64,000 bases of DNA from Cetorhinus maximus. Taxonomy: Eukaryota. Location: assembly GCF_964194155.1 (NCBI RefSeq), contig NC_135895.1:51460001-51524000 (forward strand). The letters run 5' to 3'. Shown here piece by piece: positions 13,731 to 23,799 of the stretch. Under the pieces are notes generated by a model, which worked only from the letters and a program-made list of their open reading frames with translations, did no database searches and was not told the DNA's origin. The stretch's first letter is position 1. Each line of letters begins with the position of its first letter. The position numbers and the translations under genes are program-made.

Positions 13731-14145
13731 GTGAAGTGAGCGCCATGACAGGACCTCTCTCCTATAATGTAACGATAAACAGCTGAATAATTAGACGACA
13801 CATGGGTCATCTCCAGAGAAGAGAGACGGTCCCACAAGAAGGAATGCAGTCATCATCTGTGTTTGATTTTGCACTGCACGTGGAAGAAATGTCACACAAT
13901 TTGGATGGGGCCGATGAGGCCTGTTGGACCCGAGAGGGTTGAAGACACAAACTTTCCCACTTCCACCAAAGAGCCTGGTGGACAGTTGGGCCCAGAAGGG
14001 GATCTCGGAAAAGCCAGCCGAAGTCGTTGAGCTATGACACTTGACACATCCGAGGAAGCCTCTTGAGAAAGACTTGTAAATGGTTATTCATGTAAATAAT
14101 TGAGATGTTGTGATGCTTGTCAAATTTACTTCCAAGGGGGAGGGA

Positions 14146-14445
14146 TGTGGTAAAGAGGAGTGCTATGTGCCTTTAAGAGAATGTAGTTAACTGACCATGT
14201 GACTGTATCGACCAATCTCCATACAGCGCTGGCTACTTTGGTAACTGTAAGTCTAGAGCTGGAGGTGATTGAAGAAGCACACATTGTGTTAGTGTTCTGT
14301 TCTTAATTTAAATAAACTACCAGTGTTTGGTAAGTAAATAAGTCTCTCTCTGCCTATGTTGTTTCATGCACCTAGTGTGTGGATATCAAGGGCACAGCTC
14401 GTGTTAATGGGACACAGCGAACCTGATAACCCAAAACATAAAACA
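14146..14445 (+). repeat. 3' LTR of the Gypsy element
   Basis: TG...CA termini, immediately after the PPT. Contains AATAAA at ~14311 and matches the 5' LTR. Confidence 0.9.
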
Positions 14446-14841
14446 TACATTGTCAATGGTCTTACGACGAGCTGACCATGATTGAAGTGGTCACCTGAGA
14501 ATCAGCCTCATGTCTTTCCCTTGGTTTAGCAATGTTTCCACCCTCCTTCCTGTTCACGTACTGTCAACTCATTCCTACTCAATATCCATCTCATTTCATG
14601 ACTGGGATCACACAACAAGAAAACAGCTTGAACACATTGCGAGACGAGTATTAGTAGAGGCAGACTCAAGCTTATCTGGGAACAAGTACATTAATGCAAC
14701 ACTGTAGGCATTTTCCTTCTGTTGCAATCATATAGTGATGACATAAGGGATTTTGACAATGGCATTTAAATCTGCCAGTTATAGTCAGTGGTCACTGCAC
14801 CTCAAGTAGCAACTGTGAAAGTGCAGAGCAAATAAAATAAT

Positions 14842-15257
14842 GGGCAGAATTTAATCTTCTTCCCCCCACCCCGCTTGTAGCAAAGGCCGCCCCTGCACTG
14901 AAAGAGCCCCTCCTGCCTGCCACATTTACCCACCCTATCCCTCACCAGGGCCTGCCTCACTGGCCACAGTGAGCCCCGCTAACTTGCCTGCAATCCGGGG
15001 CCTGCTCCATATCGCTGCTCCAGGGCCTGCTGCAGTGCCAGCAGTGGCCACCACTCCTGGTCGCACACTGGGACTGAAGCACTACCAGCCTTCTGATTGG
15101 CCAGCATCCCTTGGAGGCGGGATCTTTGCTCTTAAAGGCCCGGAAACCTTGACAGCGGACAGAAAACTGCCTGATTCACAATTGGGGTTTCCGCAAAATG
15201 TATGTGGGAGGGGTTGGTCCTGCTTTCTGGCCAGTACATGGCCGTTAAATTCAGCTC
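14842..15257. mobile_element. Harbinger-type MITE
   Basis: Starts GGGCAGAATTTAA and ends TTAAATTCAGCTC. Flanks AAT/GAT form an imperfect 3-bp TSD. GC-rich body. Confidence 0.6.
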
Positions 15258-15392
15258 GATGTTTTGGTTTTTTAAAAAATTTCTACCATCCTCTCTCAAC
15301 CCCATTCTAGACGTATAAAGAATTCAATGAAGGAAATATTTCACTGATATACACATACTTGCAGCCAGGGACATAATGTGTTAAAAGACTTT

Positions 15393-16114
15393 GGGTGGAA
15401 TTTTCCAGTGCCCCCCCATGGCAGGTTCAATGGTGGGCAGGGGGTGGTCAATGCGGCAAGAGCTGAAAAGTCGGTTTCCCGCCGGTGTAAAATGACAGCA
15501 GGAACTTGCGCTCTCACCCGTCATGGTGGTTCACCATTCCTGCCAAAGGCCAGCGTGAAGCTGTTTTGCATCCATTAATGGGGTGCAGATGAAGGCCTAA
15601 CCAGAATCATTGCCCCCTGTCCGATTGTCCTTGCCACCGGTGGGATACTACACTGACTCAGAACACACCTAGACAAAATGTAGTGTGGGGATGTTGGAAC
15701 TTACCTGAAGAAGGCCTGGGAAACCTGCGGAGATCAGGATGGAGGCCCCCTGCCACCGTGGGTCCTGGAACACCATGTGCAGCAGTGGGTGGGTGGAGAA
15801 CCTACCAAGTGGATCTTCGAGCTCCAGCAGCTTCCAGGAGGTGGACCTTCCATCTTCAGGATCTTCCAGGAGGTGAATCTTTTCCTTCAATGGTGGGTCA
15901 GTTGATGCCCAGGCACCTTTTAAATATGGTGCCAGGATACGATGGTGGGGCTTGAGCCATCCAGGCTGCGCCGCAAAACATCAGGAAAACCCCAGCTGCA
16001 AAATTAATTAGACAAAAGTCATGCGATATGACGCAAATTCACACCGGCCTCCGTGGCGGGAAACTCTCCCTGTTCACATCCCGGGACTTAGTCTTGGAAT
16101 GGAAAATTCTGCCC
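15393..16114. mobile_element. Harbinger-type non-autonomous element
   Basis: TIRs GGGTGGAATTTTCCA / TGGAAAATTCTGCCC, flanks TTT/TTC. The right ~220 nt is homologous (reverse complement) to the left end of the Myb-bearing element at 37160. Confidence 0.8.
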
Positions 16115-17399
16115 TTCAAATACAAGCAATCAATCACAATAAGCTTAATACAAGCAAAGCACTAAAGAACTACAAGATACTCTGAACAATAAAGTGTTAC
16201 ATATTGAGCAGCAAAGTCTGAAGTATCTTACAAGGCTTTGAATGGACGATTATATTTTTTTAAGAAAAGTTTTAGGTGGCACGATCACTCATGACATTGT
16301 GACAAGGTGCCACAGTGTGTTCTTTTACCATGCACCCCCGCACCAACACACACACACATGCACATGGTAGGGAAGGATGCTCAAGCATAAAGTGTGAATA
16401 GCTTGACCCAAGGTCAGGAACTAATCTAGCAGGCAGGAAAAAGTCCACCTCGCATGAGGACCTACTGTCATTCAGACCAGAAATTCGAAGTGCACCCGTC
16501 ATGTATTAGATGTAGAAAATTAAAAATAAGCAATAAAATTCAATCCCCATTAATCTAGATTCAGTAGATTCTTGTCTTAAATTGTGGCTAGCAACTCTCC
16601 AATCACTATCAAGCTCCGGTCAATGTCATAAGTTGAAATCAGTGCTCTCCATGCATTCTATCTTGTTGAGAATATGTCCCAACAGTGAATATATTATAGC
16701 AACACAATTTAAATAAACTTAATACAAAAAAATAGACAAGTGAATAATTGCAGAAATACAAACAGAGGCAAGATCACTTCATTTTGTTAGGTGAATGCTT
16801 GTAAAAGGCCCAGAGAAAAGGATTTTTAATAGACTATTTTAGTCAGTCTTGCCGGTTTACCTCTTTCCCATCTGGAAATATTAGCAATTTCTATTGCTTG
16901 CACGAACATTAAACTCGTGGATCATAGCACAGTTTTGACGAACTTCCTGAGATCTGTTCCTCTATTAATTGCTATGTGTGACACTGCATGTCATTTCTGT
17001 GCATAAAGCACCACGTCCCATATGGTAATTCGGATGCACATGTGACAGGTTTGCAACCTGCCACCATATTGGATTTGCTGAGCCAAAAATTTAAACCAAA
17101 TGTTCACCCTATTTCTTTTGATGCCAAATAAAAAGTATCCCATGCAGAATGGCAGGGAAAACTAAGAGCAAACTACTTAGGAGTCTTAAAGAGACAATTC
17201 TTACAGATTATAGAACACTACCAATGGGATAGCTATTTTGTCTCCTGCAACAAAGTGTCAGGCAAATCATAAATGCTACTGGAATTTTTATATTGGAGTG
17301 TTATTAACTTACAATAGTGCAGTGTTCAAGTGCATAGCAGCACCATGTTTATTACCACAATTTAATGAATACTAGTGGATCTCCTGTACATTGAAGAAT

Positions 17400-19200
17400 A
17401 CCAGAGCTGAAAATCTGGGTCTTTCTGACACACTGCCACCACAACTCCAGGGGGAGTACTAAGGCTGGAACTTAGACTGGGACCCAATATGTCGTTGTCC
17501 TATGTTGGGATTTCCATAGTCCTATGAGGCCTCAGTGGAACAGTGGCAGGACCAAAGCTGAAACAGGAGGAGTTTCCACATTCCCAGCTCTTAGTGGGAG
17601 CTGGCATCTGGTAAGACCAGGCAAGCCAAGCTTTCAAGTAGAGGAAGGAGTCCAGCCTGAGATCATCCCAATAACACTGTGGCTAGAGGAAGAGGGCAAA
17701 GCAACAAACAGAATTGCTGCTGCAGGAAGACTAAATAGAAGGAGGCAGATTGCAGAAATCCTGACTCTCCCAATAAAGTGTATAGGCCCAGGAAAAAAAA
17801 AACTTATGTTATTGGAGGAATAGTACATTATGAGGCTCTTCTCCTCTAGGGAGGCTGTCAAAGAGCTGTGTTGCCTCCTACAAACAAGACCTACAATTAT
17901 CACAGCTAGTGCTGCATTGCCTGTTGCTGAGAGTACAATCTTGGTCACCTTACTTAAGGATGGATATACTTGCATTGGAGGCAGTTCAGAGAGGGTTCAC
18001 TAGGCTGATTTTTGGGATTAATTATGAAAAAAGGTTGAGCAGGTTAGGCCTATACTCACTGGAGTTTAGAAGAATGAGAAGTGATCTTACTGAAATATAG
18101 AAGATGCTGAGGGGGCTTGACAGGATGGATGCTGAGAGGATGTTTCCCCTTATGGGGGATCTAGAAACTAGGAGGCGCAGTTTAAAAATAAGGAATATCC
18201 CGTTAAAGACAGAGATGAGGAGGAATTTCTTCTTTCAGTGGGTCATTCGTCTTTGGAATTCTTTCCACTGAGAGCAGTGGAGGCTGGGCCATTGAATATA
18301 TTCAAGGCTGAGTTAGACAGATTTTTGATTGACAAGGGAGGAAAGGATTATTGGGGGGCAGTCAGGAAATTGAAGTTAAGGCCACAATCATGACCATATT
18401 GAATGGCAGAGCAGGCTCAAGGGGTGGAGTGGCCTACTCCTACTCCTATTTCTTAGGTTATGTCATCATTAATGCCACTGCAGCTCTGACCTTCTTATTC
18501 CTCCTGTGCTGCCACAGTGTGTATCAGTAACATCAGTCAGCATGCAATTCATTCTTTAAGCAGATAACTGGTACCATGTTTGCTAGACTAAACATTTTCA
18601 TCAACTTCCCATGGACGTCCAGAAATAACAGCTAGGGTTCTGAGGTGCACACAGGCTGCTGGCCTTTGCCACCTCCAGAGCCTCATTGACACGAATCACA
18701 TCATCTTATGGACTTCCTTCAGCCGGCCCTACTGCTGTCATGAATTGCAATTGCTTCCAATCCATTTTTCTTCAACTGCTCAATGATCATCAGCAATGCA
18801 TCTTGGAGGTCTGTACTTGCTTTCCTAGCAGTTGCTATGACATAGCATTCCTCCATCATCCCTCTGCTCCTATACAGCTAAAGAGGAGCTGCTTTCCTAA
18901 AATAAGTGTGACGTCCTGCATACTTGCCTTTTGACTTCTCTCAAGTGAATAAACTGCATTATAGTCAGATCCATGGGTCAACTAGAGTCCTCAATGGGCA
19001 AAGGATTGGAGTCCTGGAGCAACAATTTTGCCTGGACAGGCTTGGTGGCTTCCCCCAATACAGTCCAAAAAGAATATCCTGTATGACTAGTGTTCACTGT
19101 TTGCTACATAACTTTGCACCACAACAGGGACAACGTGTGGAATCACAACTGGACAAAGGCCTTCAACAGATTCCTCTGCTGTTATAGATTGCCTTCAGGC
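17400..19200 (+). mobile_element. Decayed Harbinger transposase remnant split by a CR1 insertion
   Basis: YRPRKK-like N-terminal remnant at ~17780. FCLDRLGGFPQYSPKRISCMTSVHCLLHNFA at ~19030-19120 matches the HARBI1 FRCLD..GG.LQYSP...LHN motif. Confidence 0.6.
17920..18465 (+). mobile_element. CR1 LINE 3' fragment
   Basis: Reads VQSWSPYLRMDILALEAVQRGFTRLI..YEKRLSRLGLYSLEFRRMRSDL, followed by a CR1 3' UTR ending tggcctactcctactcctatttct. Confidence 0.9.
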
Positions 19201-19469
19201 TATAGCTCAATACTGTCACTAAATTGAGGGAGTGTATCCTCTAGGACACCTGCAATCAGATTGAAACCTTTCACATTTGGCCTCCCAGTTTGTCCAAGAT
19301 GAAGAGATGGAGAATTCCAGAACCTACATGGCACTGAATGGGCATTCCTGAGAGATGCTAAAACTGGTGCCAAAGATTCCTGCAAGGAGGCCCCAGCTGC
19401 AATGTCCATAGAGTTGAAAAAAATGACGAAATGTGTTGCTGTAGCTCTCATCAGCAACTTCACCCACTT

Positions 19470-20640
19470 TATAGATTAATTTCAGTCTTAGGCATGCCTC
19501 TCTGCTTAATACAGAGGACTCTTGATTTTGAATGACAGAGAGGTTTGAGGATTTCTTGGTCTTTATATTTCAACTCTGCCATGAGTTGGCCTTTCACTCT
19601 TAAAGTTGACCCGCCAGGACTTTGTAATTTGATAGATGAGGGTTACAATGTAAGCTGTTTGAGCCATTTGACTTCATCTGATAAAACAGAAACCCCTGCT
19701 CCTGTGTATAGTTTAAACTCTGTGAGGTGTCCCTGCAGTTTGAGTTTAATACTCCAATGCTTGTTTTCAGCATCACTTACCTCTTCCAGGAAGGTTAGCT
19801 CCTTTATTTGTGGTTCCTCCTCTTCTTGTATGTGGCTCTGTTCTAAAATTTTCTCTCCCTTTTTACAGGTTGTCAGCATTTTTGAGCAACAAACAGTTTT
19901 GAAATGGCCTGTTTTTCCACCATTGTGGCACTCTGCCCACCTTGGACATTCTTTCTGCTTGTGGGGTTTGTTCCTGCCACACCAAAGACATTTCAAAATG
20001 GCGGTTGGCATGCTTATCCCTGGTTTGGTAGGCTTAGGCTTTGGCGGGTTCTTTAATAGCCTATAAACTGAATGATCTCACTTCATTTTCTCCAATGGAC
20101 CTCTCTCCCCCGCAAACAAATGCCTGATTCTGTTTCCTGAGTTCAGTTTACCTCAATCTGCATTGTGTTTACTAGTATTAAATCCTCTCTTGCCTGTAAG
20201 AGGTCTGATAATGCTTTATCTAGGACCCTGACTATGATCCTGTTGCAAATCAGTTCATCCTTTAAAATTCTGTAATTGCTGTTCTCTGATTACCTATAGA
20301 GATCATTGATGAATGAATCTATACTTTTGCCTGGTCTTTGCTTTCTTTTATTAAATTTAGCTCTCTATTATTAAATTCCAATGGACACTGAAATAAAAGC
20401 CAAAAGCTTTTGGCTTCTTCATAAGAAGTTGAAGTCTCATCAACTCCCTGCCTTGCTACCATGTCATCAGTGATAGATCCTACTGCATAAAGTAGTGTAC
20501 TGACCTGGTCTTTTTGATCTTTCTTGTTTAGTTCTGAGGTAGCTCTGTACCTTGTGAACCTTTTTCTGCAGTTCTGGGCTTGATGCGACCTTCTACTGAC
20601 CCGTGCTGCAAGGGAATGCCCATTTCCCTTCACACAAAAG
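19470..20640 (-). mobile_element. Gypsy gag/protease remnant (second family), no LTRs seen
   Basis: Gag DQVSTLLYAVG, zinc-knuckle-like CLWCGRNKPH...CHNGGKTGHFKTVC, and protease FKLYTGAGVSV (decayed DTGA). Confidence 0.85.
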
Positions 20641-20918
20641 CTAGAAAAAAGTGAAGTTCCAGACCATTGCGTGTCTGCCTCTTTAATACTGTCCTAACTG
20701 TTGAGAATTGCAACTCCCCTTTAAGGAGTGCAGGATCCTTTAAGTGGAAGCAGGGACACTGAATTTCCTGCTTTCCCAAATGTTGATATAGCTATCAACA
20801 GGGTAATTTGTGATAGCAACTCACCTGTTGTATTTAAACGAGGCCTGATCACTGCTGTGACTGGGTGGGTGCACCATAGGTCCCACCTTCCATTCTCCTG
20901 TCCAGCAGAGGCAGAATC

Positions 20919-21283
20919 TTTTTTGGATTCATTTATGGGATGTGGGCATCGCTGACTTGGCCAGCATTTATTTCCCATCCCTAATTGCCCTCATTCAGAG
21001 GGCATTTTTAAGAGTCAACCACATTGCTGTGGGTCTGGAGTTGCATGTAGGCCAGACCAGGTGAGGATGGCAGGTTTCCTTCCCTACAGGACATTAGTGA
21101 ACCAGGTGGGTTTTTACAATGACCGGCAATGGTTTCATGGTCATCTTATGATTCCTGCCAGATTTTTACTGAATTCAAATTTCACCATCTGCCTTGGTGA
21201 GATTCGAACTCAGGTCCCCAGAGCATTACACTAGGTCTCTGGAATACTAGTCCAGTGACAACACCACTATGCCACTGCCTACC
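20919..21283 (-). mobile_element. tRNA-derived SINE (LINE-A 5' head + LINE-A 3' tail)
   Basis: A box TGGCATAGTGGT and B box AGTTCGAATCT on the minus strand. The body matches the LINE-A 5' end (26520-26764) and the last ~75 nt match the LINE-A 3' end. Confidence 0.85.
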
Positions 21284-21827
21284 TTTAAATTTAAATTCCT
21301 TTAAATTAACTCTTCAGTGGCCAAGACTCTCTGATATTGTGAATGCTGTTTCAGTAAAATTATCTTTATTTTCTAATAGCAAAATTCATCAGAAAAAAAA
21401 GGGATGCAGTTCCAGGCCATCGTGCATCTGCCTCTTTAACACTGTCCTAGCTGTTTGGGGTTTTTTTTGTGGTGGGAGTGGGGATAGGGGTTGGGCTGGT
21501 TAGATCTTGACCTGTTGTTGTAGATCTGACCACATCATTAAAATGGAACAAATAAAGGAATTTCAGGTCTCCTAGCTCATTTTCTAGAACTCAAGAAAAT
21601 CAGGCCTGATTTATTCCATCCACCAAGGAAAGGTTATTTAGAATTCAAATATATACAAAAGTTTTCACAGAGAAAATAAGAAAGAGATTGCCCACATTAG
21701 TGCCCATCTGGCACTGAAACCCTCATCCAAGCCTTTCTCATCCCAAGTCAACATATTTCAATGTTCTCCTTGTCAGCCTTCCAAAACTTACCTTTGTAAT
21801 CTCTATAATACTCTATCATGTTCAATC

Positions 21828-22090
21828 CACTGCCTCATCCTGCTCGCCCATCAACACACTCCTCACAGATCTACATTGGCTTCTGATTCCCAAAACATCA
21901 ATTTTAAAATTTTCATCCTCCTCTTTAAATTCCTTCATCTGCTCACCATTCATTTTTTGATAATACTTCCGTGAAACACTTTGGAATGCTTTTCTAAGCT
22001 TGATTGATGTTTAAAATTGATGTTTTGGGAATCAGAAGCCAATGTAGATCTGTGAGGAGAGTGTTGATGGCTGAGCAGGATGGGGCAGTG
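21828..22090. repeat. ~80-bp inverted repeat pair within an L2 remnant
   Basis: 21828-21908 is the near-perfect reverse complement of 22010-22090. The arm encodes LTDLHWL, typical of L2 ORF2 ends. Confidence 0.9.
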
Positions 22091-22899
22091 AACAGGGTTT
22101 TTTGTTGTCAAAACAATAGTGAGACTAATAGCGTTCACCATTATATATCCATAAATTATACAACAATTTCAGGAAAGGTACAGTTACTCAGTTAAATGTC
22201 AGTATTGATAAGTTGTTTTCTGAGGCTGTTAGCATTGCAAAAAATGGCATTTCATTATCTCTTCACCATTGAAATGCATTAAAGTCGTGAATTCAATGTA
22301 TTTGCACAGCTGATACAAACTAAACTCTCTTAGTAAGTTGGGTCCAATTTTAACTCACTCAAATCCAATTCACTTTGCAGAGTTAAAATTAGGCTCTTCG
22401 GTCTTGTCATTGCAAACGTACCCTTTAAACATGATAATTATTACCTCGCTGGCACTAAAAATGAACTATTAAAAGTGTGAAGTCTCATTCCTTCATGTAT
22501 TAACTGTTTTGGTGATTTTAAATATGATATTTTTAAAATTAATCTTCTTTTTAACTTTTCCATCTTGTCTCTTTTCTGTCTCACTTTTTATCCAATCGTC
22601 CTTTCCCTTTCTGTCATGATTTGACATTGAATTCACTCATTCTAATTTGCACTTGCTTCTCAGTTGTTCTGATGTGTATTTCTCAATTTTTCAATCCGAT
22701 TGGTTAAGGAGATACACAGATGCTTGCCCAGGTCACTCAGATCCCAGGTGCCTTGTTCCCCTTGCTGTGGAGTTATCAATTTGCACTTTCAGCAACTTAG
22801 TGGCAAAAATGTGTTGTGCTGGAGAGTGCAGGGCAAGTATAATTAACTTCAGGCACCGTTAGATACTCTGCTATGGCAAAATCTGGTCCAATGTAAATG

Positions 22900-23060
22900 C
22901 AAGTTGTTGACTGAGGGATAAATATTTGCTGGGACACTCCCAAGCTCTTCTTTGACTATGACGTGGGATTTTTCATTCCGCCTAATAAGCAAGCAAGGAT
23001 TTGGTTTTAACACCTCACCTGAAGGATAACAAGGTATATAATCAGTACTGTCCATCATAC
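22900..23060 (-). mobile_element. DeuSINE fragment
   Basis: tgagggataaatatttg...gtgggatttttcattc...ggttttaacacctcacctgaagga is homologous to 3840-3990. Confidence 0.6.
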
Positions 23061-23339
23061 TTGATATGGTTCTTAATTTTTATTTCACATGTACACATGC
23101 ACTCAGGGATTGTTTTCTCTTTATGAAAACCACATAATTTAAAATTTACCCAAGTACGCCTTTTGAGCTTTGTCCTCTTGCTTTTTTTGAAATAATTTTG
23201 AAAAACAACTAAGCAGAAACTGCTAGAAAGCCAAAGAAAAATGTTCCATCAGTACAGTTGACTGAACTTTATTTATACCCTGGCAATGGTATCATAGCAA
23301 ATTAAGTATATTGCACACGGTCAGAGCCAGCAATACAAG

Positions 23340-23456
23340 GGACTGAATTTTACGCCAGCAGTATTTTACGGTCCTGCAGAGGTCAATGGAGTTTAGAATG
23401 GCTTGCCGCATTTTACGGCTCTGTCCTCATCCCAGCAAAGCCATAAAATTCAAGCC
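23340..23456. mobile_element. Very short MITE-like element
   Basis: Imperfect TIRs GGACTGAATTTTAC / ATAAAATTCAAGCC, related to the Harbinger-type termini in this window. Confidence 0.45.
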
Positions 23457-23799
23457 ATGGAGAACCTCTGTCAACTGAGCTAATGCACAACCTTTGTAGT
23501 TCTGTATGCAAATAACAACTTGCATTTATATTGCACCTTCAATATAGAAAACCATTCAAAGGCACTCCACACAAAAAAAGGATGTTGAGACAATTAATGA
23601 GGGGTCTTGTGGTTTTGGTGGGATGGGGTGGAGGTGCAGTAACTTAAACCAGCCAGACCAACTCAATGGGGTTATCTCAAAGAAGCCGTTCTCTTACTCT
23701 GACATTTAAAAAAAAATCCTACATCAATATGGGCATAAAACATTGATGATTGGTATCTGACAGCAATTAAAAGCATACTGCTAAGCTGTTTACATATCT

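Larger units (their letters stand above)
9812..14445 (+). mobile_element. Ty3/Gypsy LTR retrotransposon with both LTRs, inactivated
   Basis: Paired LTRs starting TGTGGTAAAG (9812, 14146), PBS-like TGGTGATGAGG at 10769, PPT AAGGGGGAGGGA at 14134-14145. Gag, protease, RT (YLDD at ~12634) and integrase are in Gypsy order, with stops and frameshifts. Confidence 0.95.

Noticed and set aside
9807-14450. Target-site duplication of the Gypsy element (TGCAC vs TACAT)
   Set aside because: Only 3 of 5 bases match, which is too weak to claim.
22340-22889. Additional MITE bounded by GGGTCCAATTTT / AAAATCTGGTCC
   Set aside because: The TIR match is weak and no TSD is evident. Plausible, but not supportable.
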